A stretch of 64,000 nucleotides of DNA from the NCBI GenBank assembly GCA_015064735.1, contig SVRP01000003.1, forward strand, positions 78,248 through 142,247, in the 5' to 3' direction. The position numbers and the translations under genes are program-made. The notes beneath the pieces are model-generated. The model did not search any database. It was not told the origin of the DNA and saw only the letters and a program-made list of their open reading frames with translations. Source of the DNA: Oscillospiraceae bacterium (lineage in GTDB: Bacteria; Bacillota; Clostridia; Oscillospirales; CAG-272). Shown here piece after piece: positions 1 to 10,104 of the stretch (positions within the stretch are counted from its first letter, which is position 1; each line of letters starts with the position of its first letter).

Positions 1-217
1 CTATCTCTCCGTTTCTCTCGGCAGTGTATCTGTTTCTGAACATACTTTCGCCCGAAAAGGCTCTTCCGAACATTTTTCCCAAGCCGCCTCCGTGGGTCTC
101 CATTCTTATGCCATCATCCATCCATGCCATAGCTCCGCTTTCACAAAGCACTTCCTCTCCCGCTTCAAGCTTGCAAATTGCAACGGGTAGATTTCCTCCG
201 GTTATTTCGTAGCGCAT
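1..217 (-). CDS. AIM24/TIGR00266-family protein, N-terminal part (gene continues past the left edge)
   Basis: My own reverse translation from CAT at 215-217 gives MRYEITGGNLPVAICKLEAGEEVLCESGAMAWMDDGIRMETHGGGLGKMFGRAFSGESMF... and stays open to position 1. It is absent from the ORF track because there is no stop in the window. The family call is from memory of AIM24/DUF124 N-termini. Confidence 0.55.
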   Translation of the reverse strand, partial: MRYEITGGNLPVAICKLEAGEEVLCESGAMAWMDDGIRMETHGGGLGKMFGRAFSGESMFRNRYTAERNGEI

Positions 218-304
218 AGTCCTTTTCTCCCTTGTTCTGTTCTTTTTTCGGTAATTGACAACAAGGGCTACCTCAAATGAAGTTGGGACAGCCCCTGCTT
301 TTTT

Positions 305-668
305 ATTTTGTAACTCTGCCTATAAGCCGGGTTCTGTCGAGAACGGCCATCTATCTTCGCTTACCGTCGCCGATAAGCTTTGAGGATTTCTCCTCATGCC
401 ACCCGCGGATATATGTCGGGCAAACGATCCGCATACGGTGTTGCTTCGGATAAGGTTTACAGCAAACCTATGTTACCATAGGAGTGGGTGAGCTCTTACC
501 TCACCTTTCCACCCTTACCTTTTTCAAGGCGGTTTATTTCTGTTGCACTTTCTCGGGAGTCGCCTCCGGCTGACGTTATCAGCTACCCTGCCCTATGAAG
601 CCCGGACTTTCCTCACGGTAATACCTTTCGGCGCAATACCGCGCGGCCGTTCAGCAAAGTTACCCGTA
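305..668 (-). ncRNA. rnpB: RNase P RNA (ribozyme subunit)
   Basis: The minus strand reads GAGGAAAGTCCGGGC (complement of 600-614) and ACAGAACCCGGCTTATAGGCAGAGTTA (complement of 311-337). These are the two universally conserved P4 strands. The 5' TAACTTTGCTG (complement of 652-662) can pair with the 3' GGCAGAGTTA to form P1. No ORF covers the region. Ends are approximate. Confidence 0.9.
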
Positions 669-716
669 AATTATATCACGGTTTGGTCTGTTTGTCAACA
701 ACCGAACAAATTTTAA

Positions 717-1304
717 TTATCTCTCCTCAGGGAAAAGCAATTTGCGCATCTGCTTCGTTCTGAATATAAGTATTGCTCCTATTGCCGTTATGATCGTTTC
801 GGGAAGCATATATGCTCCGTTATAAAGAAGGCTGTAAAGCCAACTGTTTTCAACAAATATACCGCCCCAAAGCTCTCCGAACGAGCCGAATATGAGCACT
901 CCGCTCAAAAAGTGTGTAAAGAATCTTACACCCGTTGCAAGTAAAACTCCTCCAATTATAGCGCCAAAGCTCTTATTGCCGAAAAGTCCCGCAAGGCAAA
1001 GCGCGCCAAAGGCTACGAGATAGTCAAGCAAAATGCAGGAAATGAGTGCTACAGGTGTCAGCCCCCAGCCGAAGAGACCGTCGAATAGTATTCCCTGTCC
1101 AAGCTGAACGAGAGCGTAAACACCCGAAACGAACACTCCGTTTTTCACGCCGTGTCTTATGGAGAAGAATACTATGGGGAGCATGGAAAAAAGCGTTATT
1201 GACCCGCCCCATGGAAATTTTACTATGCGAATGAAGGAAAGCACCGTTGCAAGTGCCACCATAATTGCGCCTTCCGCAAGGAGCTGTGTTTTTTTGTTTT
1301 TCAT
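717..1304 (-). CDS. thiT: Thiamine ECF-transporter substrate-binding (S) component ThiT
   Basis: A 195-aa polytopic membrane protein beginning MKNKKTQLLAEGAIMVALATVLSF...FPWGGSITLFSMLP. GGAGG lies 8 nt upstream of the ATG. It sits directly downstream of a TPP riboswitch. Confidence 0.8.
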   Translation of the reverse strand: MKNKKTQLLAEGAIMVALATVLSFIRIVKFPWGGSITLFSMLPIVFFSIRHGVKNGVFVSGVYALVQLGQGILFDGLFGWGLTPVALISCILLDYLVAFGALCLAGLFGNKSFGAIIGGVLLATGVRFFTHFLSGVLIFGSFGELWGGIFVENSWLYSLLYNGAYMLPETIITAIGAILIFRTKQMRKLLFPEER

Positions 1305-1328
1305 CTTTGAAAACCTCCGAATAAATTC

Positions 1329-1354
1329 AAAAACCGCACGGAGATTCCGTGCGG
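1329..1354 (-). terminator. Intrinsic terminator, the expression platform of the TPP riboswitch
   Basis: On the minus strand CCGCACGG-aatct-CCGTGCGG is followed by TTTTT. It lies between the aptamer and the thiT start. Confidence 0.7.
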
Positions 1355-1414
1355 TAAGTTCTTATTTCCGAAGGTCCTTTGACATGTCGACCTGCCAAAA
1401 TTCGAATTTAACAA

Positions 1415-1495
1415 TCTTCCTACGTCGGTATTATCCGTATCAGGTTAAAGGGTTTGACCTCAGTCATCTCAGCCATAATGGGCACCCCTGATCTC
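1415..1495 (-). promoter_or_regulatory. TPP (THI-box) riboswitch aptamer
   Basis: The minus strand reads GGGGTGCCCATTATGGCTGAGATGACTGAGGTCAAACCCTTTAACCTGATACGGATAATACCGACGTAGGAAG. This carries the hallmark GGGGUGC, CUGAGA and ACCUGAUxCGGAUAAUxCC elements. Confidence 0.85.
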
Positions 1496-1567
1496 TATGC
1501 GATTTTGTGAGTACATTTTAACAGACGCTTCTGCCTTTGTCAAGTACTTTTGGAAAAAAAGTGAAAA

Positions 1568-2866
1568 TTAATAGTAGAAATTCGGAGCTACGCTCTTCAT
1601 ATCAATGCCGCTAAGGACACTCATATCCACGTTTATATTACCGTAATTGGGCTTTATAAGCTCAAAAAGAAGCTGATTCTTCAAATCCTCAAGGAATATG
1701 AAATTTCCCGTATCGGTGCTGATAAAGAAATCGGAATTATCACTCTTTTTGTATCCGCCCTCTTCAAGCTCATATTTCATGAGGATATGTATGCCGAGCT
1801 CAGATCTTACGGTTCTTACCTCTCCAACCTCCATTTTAAAGACCTCGTCGATCACTTCAGACACGTAATTGCTGTCCTTAGCCACGTAAACTCCGTTAGG
1901 ATATTCTGTCTTATCACTTGCGTAGTTATCAAAGGTCTTAAAGTCCTTGGAGATTGTCGTTACCTTATCGTACATTTCGTCTGCCGACTTAGCTATCTTT
2001 TCGATTTCCTCCTCGCTAAGGGGTTTTACTATATAATTTCCTTCACTGTCGGTCTTCCTGTGTCGCTCACCGTCCTTTGTATTGTAAGCAACCTTCACTG
2101 AGCCGTCCTCTGCTATATTTACGTATACCGTTTCTCCCATTGAATCCTTAACCGGATTTCCGTCCTTATCGGTCTTTACGGTAGCACTTGTATCATAGGC
2201 TATTTTATTACTTTCGGGATAATAGTATATTTCCTCTCCGTCTCCGTCGGTAACGTATTCATAGTCGTAGGTATAATAGAATATCTGCTTGAAGCGAACG
2301 TAGTTATTACGGTAATAATCATCGTACAGATTTGCTCCTATGAGGGAGCCGTCAGCACCGTAAATTGCGTTCTTGAGATAATTCATTTTAGCATCGATTA
2401 TATATGCTTCCTTGAGTACCTCATAGTTTGCTCCGTACTGAGCGAGAATATTATTGAACTGTGTTTTTGAGCCGTTTGCGTCGGCCTCCATAAGCGCCTT
2501 TATCTCCGCGTTTATAGCATCTGTGGTGCTCTTGGGAAGCTTGTATCCCCTCTTATCGAACTCGTATGCCGCCGCAAGGTAGGATTTCGTATTTTCAAGA
2601 ACCATATCGCTATAATACTTATTATAGGTTGTAGCTCCGTCCGCACTCATTATGGTATCCCAGAAGGAATCGCTTGTGGCTGCCGAATTACCTGCGCAGA
2701 TCAATCCCTTCATTCTCGACAGGTATAGCATATAAAGGTTTACCGATATTTCGGTATTTTCTATACTGAGCAGTGTCTCTCCCTTTTTGGAGCATGCCGC
2801 CACACATCCTAAAAGCATTATCGCAACTAAAATCAGCGATATTATCTTTACGCTTAATCTTTTCAT
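1568..2866 (-). CDS. PrsA/SurA-like peptidyl-prolyl isomerase lipoprotein
   Basis: I chose the internal start MKRLSVKIISLILVAIMLLGC (CAT at 2864-2866, GAGGAAAAG upstream). The LLGC lipobox supports a lipoprotein. The C-terminal parvulin-like stretch reads EVGEVRTVRSELGIHILMKY. Its position downstream of mfd is typical. The longer track ORF start at 2905 would overlap the mfd stop. Confidence 0.55.
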   Translation of the reverse strand: MKRLSVKIISLILVAIMLLGCVAACSKKGETLLSIENTEISVNLYMLYLSRMKGLICAGNSAATSDSFWDTIMSADGATTYNKYYSDMVLENTKSYLAAAYEFDKRGYKLPKSTTDAINAEIKALMEADANGSKTQFNNILAQYGANYEVLKEAYIIDAKMNYLKNAIYGADGSLIGANLYDDYYRNNYVRFKQIFYYTYDYEYVTDGDGEEIYYYPESNKIAYDTSATVKTDKDGNPVKDSMGETVYVNIAEDGSVKVAYNTKDGERHRKTDSEGNYIVKPLSEEEIEKIAKSADEMYDKVTTISKDFKTFDNYASDKTEYPNGVYVAKDSNYVSEVIDEVFKMEVGEVRTVRSELGIHILMKYELEEGGYKKSDNSDFFISTDTGNFIFLEDLKNQLLFELIKPNYGNINVDMSVLSGIDMKSVAPNFYY

Positions 2867-2879
2867 TTCTTTTCCTCTG

Positions 2880-5800
2880 TTAAATGTAATTTTGCAAAAT
2901 CTCATAATATTTGCAGAAAAGCTCGTGGAGCATCTTCAATACGTCCTCACCCTTCTGCTTTTTGATAATTACCGTTGGATTTTCCGACATTATTACGCGT
3001 ATTCTTCCTCGGTATATATCCGAAAGCTCGGACCAAACCTCAAAATCAAAGACAGAAAGAAGTACCTTTATTTCGCTCTGCTCCTCAATTATGGAGGTTA
3101 TTCCGCATTTCTTTGCCGCCGCCCTTACAAGAGCCACTCCAAGTAGGCTCATGGTCTGCTTTGGAACGTCTCCGAAGCGGTCTATGAGCTCGTCTACTAT
3201 ATCGTCCTTATCCTCATTTGTCTCTATCATGGCTATGCGCTTATAAAGTCCCATTCGCTGCGCCGAATATGGCACGTATTTATCGGGAATAAAGGCATCG
3301 CAACGAAGGGTAACGGTACACTCGGGCTTTTCCTTTACCTTTTCGCCCTTTTCCTCGAGAATTGCCTCGTTGAGCAGCTTTATATAAAGCTCATATCCTA
3401 CGGCATCAAGATGCCCGTGCTGCTCCGAGCCAAGAAGATTTCCTGCTCCGCGTATTTCCATATCACGTATAGCAATCTTAAATCCGGCTCCGAACTCTGC
3501 ATAATCACGTATCGCTTCAAGTCTCTTTGTGGCGATCTCATTTACCGCTTTATTTCGGGGATAGGTAAAATATGCGTACGCACGTCTTGCGGATCTTCCC
3601 ACGCGTCCTCTTATCTGATGAAGCTGGGAAAGTCCCAGTCTTTGTGAATTTTCAACTATCAGTGTATTGGCATTGGGAATATCTACCCCAGTTTCGATTA
3701 TAGTGGTGCATACGAGAATGTCGATCTCTCCCGCAAGCATTTCGCCCCATATATCCTCAAGCTGTTCTTTATCCATTTTTCCGTGTGCTACGGTTATTCT
3801 TGCCTCGGGGATCGCCTTGGAAAGCTTTGCCGCGCAGTCATTTATAGTTTCAACGAAGTTATAAAGGTAGAAAACCTGTCCCCCTCTGCGAAGCTCTCTG
3901 CGAATGGCTTCTATGAGAATAAGCTCGTCGTACTCAAGAACGTAGGTCTGCACAGGGAGTCGGTCCACAGGGGCCTCATCAAGTACGGAAATATCCCTTA
4001 TACCGCCCATCGCCATATTAAGGGTTCTCGGTATAGGCGTTGCCGTAAGAGTCAGCACGTCTACGTTTTCAGCTATCTGCTTGAGCTTCTCCTTTTGCGC
4101 AACGCCGAAGCGTTGCTCCTCGTCAATTATAAGAAGTCCGAGATCCTTAAATTCTATATCCTTTGATATAAGTCTGTGAGTACCTACTATAACGTCGGTA
4201 TCTCCTCTTTTGAGCCGTCGCAATGACTGTGCCTGCTGCTTTGGGGTACGGAATCTCGAAATCATATCCACGTTTACCGAAAAGGCTCTCATACGACTGG
4301 TTATTGTCTGATAGTGTTGAAGCGCCAGCAGTGTGGTCGGCACAAGTATTGCTACCTGCTTACCGCCGAGAATCGCCTTATATGCGGCTCGCATTGCTAC
4401 CTCGGTTTTTCCGAAGCCTACGTCTCCGCACAGAATTCTGTCCATTGGCACAGGCTTCATCATATCTTCCTTTATATCCTCTGCCGCCGCAAGCTGTCCT
4501 TCGGTCTCGTCGTATTCAAAGGCTGCCTCGAAGTCTGCCTGAAGGTCATCGTCAGCGGGAAATGCAAAGCCTGGTCTACGGCTTCTCTCGGCATATAGCT
4601 TTATTAAATCCTTTGCTATATCCTTTGCTGCCGCCTTGGCTTTGGCTTTGGCTCTGCCCCACTCGTTTCCTCCGAATCTTGAAAGCTTTACAAGTCCGTC
4701 GTCAGAGTGAGCTCCGATATATTTTGACACCATATCAAGCTTATCTACGGGGAGAAAGAGTCTGTCGCTTCCCGCGTATCTTATGGTTATATAATCTCTG
4801 CTTACACCGTCCACCGTCAGATTTTCAATACCCATATACTGACCTATTCCGTGGATTTCGTGAACCACGAAATCTCCAACCTCAAGGTCGTTATAGGAAA
4901 GTATTGCCTCGGTTCCGCTTCTCTTTTTCTTTTTTCGTTTAATCTGAGCCGCTCCGCTCAGGCCTCCCTCTCTGCTTTCGGGTGAGGTGGAAAGTATCGC
5001 TATCTTGGGTGTCGTCAGCTCATATCCCTTAATATAGTTCTTCCACCATATCAAGACAGCCGACTTAGGTATCTCGCCCTTTGCATAATCCTCTTTATCG
5101 GATTCTATTATGGCGCTGAATCCCTTTTCTGACAACAATGCCGAAAGATTTTTTGCGGCTGCCTCGTTTTCGGCTACAAGAATAACCTTATATCCGCCTC
5201 GGACGTATCCCCCAAGGTCATCGCACAATAGCTCAAGGTTTTCACAGTAAGATACCATATGCTTTGTGCGGAAGGTGAACATTGCCCCGAGCTTTTTGCC
5301 TGACATACCCTGTCCGAGAGAATCAAAATGTAAGGTAACCGACTTATCGAGAAAAACGTCAAGCATTGCCTCGGGCTTTGAGTAGTCTGTATATTTGGGC
5401 GCAATAGTCCCCGCACTCAAAAGCTCCTCGACGGTCTGGGACTGATGCCACTGCGCCGCCTTTATTCTATCGTAAACGGCTGTCGTTCCTTTAATTATTA
5501 CGGTGGTCTTTTCGCCAAAATAATCGAGCAGGCTCATTCTTTCGGGATATACGAGCGTTATATATTTATCTGCGAAGTTTATATCGCCGTCTGTATCAAG
5601 AACCGCAATTTCCGACGTCATTTCCTCAATTGCTCTGCTATCCTTGCTCTTAGCTCTCCAGCTTTCGATCGCCTTTTTAAGCTCTGCTCTCTTTTCGCTG
5701 TCTATAAGCAGCTCTCTTGCGGGGTAGAATTCTACGGCATCAAGGGTTACCGTCATTCGCTGAGTTGCCGAATCGAATATTTCCATTCGGTCGATCTCGT

Positions 5801-6452
5801 CTCCGAAAAGCTCTATTCGAAAGGGATAAGCACCTCTGCTCTCCTGCCCGTCTATATCCTTGAAGGTTGCAAATGTTGGGTATATATCTATTATTCCTCC
5901 GCGTCTTGCAAACTGTCCGGGAGCCTCTACCATCTCAACGCAAACGTAGCCCGCATCTATCAGCTTTTTTGCAAGCTCAGCGGGGTCGATGACTGTTTTA
6001 TCGTACTCTATCTTCATATTTGAGGATATAAGCTTTTCGGGAGGTATCGTGTAGCTCAGCGCCGCGTCGGGGGTAGTAACCACCGCGTCAAGGCTGCCGT
6101 CAAGGAGTCCCGAAAGCACCTTTAGCCTCTCATGCTCGTACTCATGGGAGGCGGTAATATTATAAAAAGTCAGGTCTCTGCCAACGTAGAAGGCGCACTT
6201 AAATCCAAACTGCTTTAAGAGAGATTTTACTCTTACGCATTCCTTTTCCTCAGAGCATATAAACAAAATCGCTCTTTTATCGGTCTTTTTAATATCCTCC
6301 ACCAAGGAAGCGTACACTGCATCGGACGCACCCTCGCACAAACCTGATATGAGAATGGGAAGTGCTCTCGGCGCCGTTTTCCCTTTGACTACGGCGCTGA
6401 GCAGCTCTCCATACTCTTTATCCTTACGGATGCTGTCGGTAAGTATATTCAT
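2880..6452 (-). CDS. mfd: Transcription-repair coupling factor Mfd
   Basis: 1190 aa. Superfamily-2 helicase motifs are present: GDVGFGKTEVAMRAA, DEEQRFGV, LTLTATPIPRT and QLHQIRGRVGRS. A CarD-like segment reads VVHEIHGIGQYMG. Confidence 0.95.
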   Translation of the reverse strand: MNILTDSIRKDKEYGELLSAVVKGKTAPRALPILISGLCEGASDAVYASLVEDIKKTDKRAILFICSEEKECVRVKSLLKQFGFKCAFYVGRDLTFYNITASHEYEHERLKVLSGLLDGSLDAVVTTPDAALSYTIPPEKLISSNMKIEYDKTVIDPAELAKKLIDAGYVCVEMVEAPGQFARRGGIIDIYPTFATFKDIDGQESRGAYPFRIELFGDEIDRMEIFDSATQRMTVTLDAVEFYPARELLIDSEKRAELKKAIESWRAKSKDSRAIEEMTSEIAVLDTDGDINFADKYITLVYPERMSLLDYFGEKTTVIIKGTTAVYDRIKAAQWHQSQTVEELLSAGTIAPKYTDYSKPEAMLDVFLDKSVTLHFDSLGQGMSGKKLGAMFTFRTKHMVSYCENLELLCDDLGGYVRGGYKVILVAENEAAAKNLSALLSEKGFSAIIESDKEDYAKGEIPKSAVLIWWKNYIKGYELTTPKIAILSTSPESREGGLSGAAQIKRKKKKRSGTEAILSYNDLEVGDFVVHEIHGIGQYMGIENLTVDGVSRDYITIRYAGSDRLFLPVDKLDMVSKYIGAHSDDGLVKLSRFGGNEWGRAKAKAKAAAKDIAKDLIKLYAERSRRPGFAFPADDDLQADFEAAFEYDETEGQLAAAEDIKEDMMKPVPMDRILCGDVGFGKTEVAMRAAYKAILGGKQVAILVPTTLLALQHYQTITSRMRAFSVNVDMISRFRTPKQQAQSLRRLKRGDTDVIVGTHRLISKDIEFKDLGLLIIDEEQRFGVAQKEKLKQIAENVDVLTLTATPIPRTLNMAMGGIRDISVLDEAPVDRLPVQTYVLEYDELILIEAIRRELRRGGQVFYLYNFVETINDCAAKLSKAIPEARITVAHGKMDKEQLEDIWGEMLAGEIDILVCTTIIETGVDIPNANTLIVENSQRLGLSQLHQIRGRVGRSARRAYAYFTYPRNKAVNEIATKRLEAIRDYAEFGAGFKIAIRDMEIRGAGNLLGSEQHGHLDAVGYELYIKLLNEAILEEKGEKVKEKPECTVTLRCDAFIPDKYVPYSAQRMGLYKRIAMIETNEDKDDIVDELIDRFGDVPKQTMSLLGVALVRAAAKKCGITSIIEEQSEIKVLLSVFDFEVWSELSDIYRGRIRVIMSENPTVIIKKQKGEDVLKMLHELFCKYYEILQNYI

Positions 6453-6473
6453 TCTTTTTCTCCGTTGAGAAAA

Positions 6474-7106
6474 TTATTTTTTATTGCATATCTGCATAGC
6501 TCCGTCAATATCGGCGGACACAATTTTTTCAAGACCGGATATTACGGTGGGGAAAGCTCCGCAGAGATCCTCAAGCTCTCTATCGGTAAAGTTGGAAAGG
6601 ACCCAGCTTGCAAGGTCGTAGTCGGGGTGGGGCTTTTGTCCCACACCTATCTTTATTCTCGGATATTCGTCGGTACCGAGATGCTCGGAGATGCTCTTAA
6701 GTCCGTTATGTCCTCCCGCGCTTCCCTTTCGGCGGACGCGGAGCTTGCCGACGTCAAGGCTTATATCGTCGGAAAGCACAATCACCCTTTCGGGAGCAAG
6801 CTTATAAAATCTTGCCGCCTCGCCCACAGCCTCGCCCGAAAGATTCATGAAAGTCTGAGGCTTCATGAGCAGCACTCTTTTTCCGCTTATGGTTACCTCG
6901 CCAACGAGCGCCTTGAATTTTGCACGGTCGATCTGCGTACCGTACTTTTTTGCTATTTCATCTATTGCCATAAAGCCCGCATTATGACGGGTCCTGCCAT
7001 ACTGTATACCGGGATTTCCCAGTCCTACCGCTATATACTCCATGGGAGCGGCAGCATTACCGCTATCCTTTGATATTTGCTTGAAAAGGTCAAATATATT
7101 AGCCAT
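6474..7106 (-). CDS. pth: Peptidyl-tRNA hydrolase
   Basis: VGLGNPGIQYGRTRHNAGF and GGHNGLKSI motifs are present. GGAGAAAAA lies before the ATG. The pth-mfd arrangement is the classical one. Confidence 0.9.
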   Translation of the reverse strand: MANIFDLFKQISKDSGNAAAPMEYIAVGLGNPGIQYGRTRHNAGFMAIDEIAKKYGTQIDRAKFKALVGEVTISGKRVLLMKPQTFMNLSGEAVGEAARFYKLAPERVIVLSDDISLDVGKLRVRRKGSAGGHNGLKSISEHLGTDEYPRIKIGVGQKPHPDYDLASWVLSNFTDRELEDLCGAFPTVISGLEKIVSADIDGAMQICNKK

Positions 7107-7364
7107 TTTTTCTCCGTTACCGATTTTAACTTCTTTTCCAATTACTAATTATATTATATTACGTCAATAAAATCAACCTAATTAATGTTTTTTCAAGATT
7201 TGTTCACAAAATGTTTACCTTTTTATATATCTTTTTTGCCAAAAATTATGGAAAAATTTTATTAATTGTGTTATAATACATGGTGCAGTTGTGCGCAGTG
7301 CTATAGCTATGCCCTCTGCAAATGGAATCGTCAAAAATTTTATATTATACGGAGGTATTTACCA

Positions 7365-9986
7365 ATGGCAAAAAAGTATTGCTATCTCTTCTCCGAGGGT
7401 AACGCTAACATGCGTGAGATCCTTGGCGGTAAGGGCGCAAACCTCGCAGAGATGACCAATATCGGTCTCCCTGTTCCTCAGGGCTTCACCATTTCTACCG
7501 AAGCCTGCACTCAGTACTATGAGGACGGCCGTCAGATCAATGATGAGATCATGGCTGAAATCATGGAGTACATTGTAAAGATGGAGGGTGTTACCGGCAA
7601 GAAGTTCGGCGACCTTGAAAATCCCCTCCTCGTTTCTGTTCGTTCCGGAGCTCGCGCTTCCATGCCCGGTATGATGGATACCATTCTTAACCTCGGTCTT
7701 AACGAAGAGGTTGTTGAAGTTATGGCTAAGAAGTCAGGCAACGCTCGTTGGGCTTACGACTGCTACAGAAGATTTATTCAGATGTATTCCGACGTCGTTA
7801 TGGAAGTCGGCAAGAAGTACTTCGAAGAGCTTATCGACAAGATGAAGGAAGAAAAGGGTGTAAAGCAGGACGTTGAGCTTACCGCTGACGACCTCAAGGA
7901 GCTCGCTAACCAGTTCAAGGCTGAATACAAGGCTAAGATCGGTCAGGACTTCCCCTCTGATCCTAAGGAGCAGCTCATCGGCGCTGTTAAGGCCGTATTC
8001 CGTTCTTGGGATAACCCCAGAGCTAACGTTTACCGTCGTGATAACGACATTCCCTACTCTTGGGGTACCGCTGTAAACGTACAGGCTATGGCTTTCGGTA
8101 ACATGGGCGACAACTGCGGTACCGGTGTTGCATTTACCCGCGACCCCGCTACCGGTGAAAAGAAGCTTATGGGTGAGTTCCTTACCAACGCTCAGGGTGA
8201 GGACGTTGTTGCAGGTGTTCGTACACCTATGCCCATCGCTGAAATGGCTAACAAGTTCCCCGCTGCTTTCGCTGAATTCAAGAAGGTTTGCGAGATTCTT
8301 GAGAATCACTACCACGACATGCAGGATATGGAGTTCACCATTGAGAACGAAAAGCTCTACATGCTCCAGACCCGTAACGGTAAGAGAACTGCTCCCGCAG
8401 CTCTCCAGATAGCTGTTGACCTCGTTGCAGAGGGACACAAGACCAAGGAAGAGGCCGTTCTTATGATCGACCCCAGAAACCTTGATACACTTCTCCACCC
8501 CCAGTTCGACGCTAAGGCTCTTAAGGCTGCTAAGCCCATGGGCAGAGGTCTCGGTGCTTCTCCCGGCGCTGCTTGCGGTCAGATCGTATTCTCCGCTGAG
8601 GATGCTGAGGCTTGGAAGAACGCAGGTAAGAAGGTAGTTCTCGTTAGACTTGAGACTTCTCCCGAAGATATCACCGGTATGAAGGCTGCTCAGGGTATAC
8701 TCACCGTTCGCGGCGGTATGACCTCTCACGCAGCAGTTGTTGCCCGTGGTATGGGTAAGTGCTGCGTTTCCGGATGCGGCGACATCAAGATGGACGAGGA
8801 AAACAAGAAGTTTGAGCTTGCAGGCAAGACCTTCGTTGAGGGTGATTACATCTCCATCGACGGTTCTACCGGTGCAATCTACGACGGTATCATTCCTACC
8901 GTTGACGCAGAAATCTCCGGAAACTTCGGCACCATCATGGGATGGGCTGATGAGTTCCGTACCCTTAAGGTAAGAACCAACGCTGATACTCCCGCTGACG
9001 CTAAGAAGGCTCGTGAGCTCGGCGCTGAAGGTATCGGTCTCTGCCGTACCGAACACATGTTCTTTGAGGCTGACAGAATTGCGGCATTCAGAGAGATGAT
9101 CTGCTCCGACACTGCTGAGGAGAGAGAAGTTGCTCTCGCAAAGATCCTTCCCTACCAGCAGGCTGACTTCGAGGCTCTCTACGAGGCTCTCGAGGGCAAC
9201 CCCGTATGTATCCGTTTCCTTGATCCCCCTCTCCATGAGTTCGTTCCTACCACCGATGAGGACATCGCTCTTCTCGCTAAGGCTCAGAACAAGTCCGTTG
9301 AGGAAATTAAGGCTATCATCGCATCTCTCCATGAGTTCAACCCCATGATGGGTCACCGTGGATGCCGTCTCGCCGTAACCTACCCCGAGATCGCAAAGAT
9401 GCAGACTACCGCTGTTATCCGCGCTGCTATCAACGTTCAGAAGAAGCACGCTGACTGGAAGGTAGTTCCCGAGATCATGATTCCTCTCGTAGGCGACGTT
9501 AAGGAGCTCAAGTACGTTAAGAGCGTAGTTGTTGCTACCGCTGACGCTGAGATCGCTGCCGCAGGCGCTGATCTTAAGTATGAGGTTGGTACCATGATCG
9601 AAATTCCCAGAGCATGTCTCACCGCTGACGAGATCGCAGCTAACGCTGACTTCTTCTGCTTCGGTACTAACGACCTGACTCAGATGACCTACGGCTTCTC
9701 CCGTGATGACGCAGGTAAGTTCCTCGGCGCTTACTACGATGCTAAGATCTTCGAGAACGATCCCTTCGCTAAGCTCGACCAGACCGGTGTTGGTAAGCTC
9801 ATGAACATGGCTGTAACTCTCGGTAGACCCGTTAACCCCAAGCTCCACGTAGGTATCTGCGGTGAGCACGGCGGCGACCCCACGTCTGTTGAGTTCTGCC
9901 ACCAGGTAGGTCTTGACTACGTATCTTGTTCTCCTTTCCGTGTTCCGATCGCTCGTCTTGCAGCGGCTCAGGCAGCACTTAAGTAA
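7365..9986 (+). CDS. ppdK: Pyruvate, phosphate dikinase
   Basis: The start MAKKYCYLFSEGNANMREILGGKGANLAEM is preceded by GGAGG. The phosphohistidine region reads GGMTSHAAVVARGMG, and the C-terminal PEP-utilising region reads CGEHGGDP. The 33 codons upstream in the track ORF lack an RBS. Confidence 0.95.
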   Translation: MAKKYCYLFSEGNANMREILGGKGANLAEMTNIGLPVPQGFTISTEACTQYYEDGRQINDEIMAEIMEYIVKMEGVTGKKFGDLENPLLVSVRSGARASMPGMMDTILNLGLNEEVVEVMAKKSGNARWAYDCYRRFIQMYSDVVMEVGKKYFEELIDKMKEEKGVKQDVELTADDLKELANQFKAEYKAKIGQDFPSDPKEQLIGAVKAVFRSWDNPRANVYRRDNDIPYSWGTAVNVQAMAFGNMGDNCGTGVAFTRDPATGEKKLMGEFLTNAQGEDVVAGVRTPMPIAEMANKFPAAFAEFKKVCEILENHYHDMQDMEFTIENEKLYMLQTRNGKRTAPAALQIAVDLVAEGHKTKEEAVLMIDPRNLDTLLHPQFDAKALKAAKPMGRGLGASPGAACGQIVFSAEDAEAWKNAGKKVVLVRLETSPEDITGMKAAQGILTVRGGMTSHAAVVARGMGKCCVSGCGDIKMDEENKKFELAGKTFVEGDYISIDGSTGAIYDGIIPTVDAEISGNFGTIMGWADEFRTLKVRTNADTPADAKKARELGAEGIGLCRTEHMFFEADRIAAFREMICSDTAEEREVALAKILPYQQADFEALYEALEGNPVCIRFLDPPLHEFVPTTDEDIALLAKAQNKSVEEIKAIIASLHEFNPMMGHRGCRLAVTYPEIAKMQTTAVIRAAINVQKKHADWKVVPEIMIPLVGDVKELKYVKSVVVATADAEIAAAGADLKYEVGTMIEIPRACLTADEIAANADFFCFGTNDLTQMTYGFSRDDAGKFLGAYYDAKIFENDPFAKLDQTGVGKLMNMAVTLGRPVNPKLHVGICGEHGGDPTSVEFCHQVGLDYVSCSPFRVPIARLAAAQAALK

Positions 9987-10003
9987 TTCAAGATATTACA
10001 AAA

Positions 10004-10046
10004 CAAAAAAAGACCTTGCGGAAGTAATTCCGCAAGGTCTTTTTTT
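10004..10046. terminator. Bidirectional intrinsic terminator after ppdK (copy 1 of a duplicated hairpin)
   Basis: AAAAAAA-AGACCTTGCGGA-agtaat-TCCGCAAGGTCT-TTTTTT. Confidence 0.8.
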
Positions 10047-10104
10047 GTTTCTGTCCATTTTATTGTACATTGAATATGGTATAATTTTTTTAGGAGGTAG
10101 TATT

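Noticed and set aside
24-212. A 62-aa plus-strand ORF at the left edge.
   Set aside because: It lies antisense to the AIM24-family gene that starts at 217 and runs off the window. It has no RBS.
7734-9902. A 722-aa ORF antisense to ppdK, plus several shorter ones.
   Set aside because: The sense strand encodes a textbook PPDK with all its motifs. The antisense product is low-complexity (S/V/L/G/T-rich) with no RBS or motif. Long antisense frames are expected when strong codon bias depletes codons whose reverse complements are stop codons.
9913-10104. The upstream extension of track ORF 9913..10704.
   Set aside because: It would overlap the end of ppdK and read through its terminator. A GGAGG-preceded ATG at 10105 is the plausible start.
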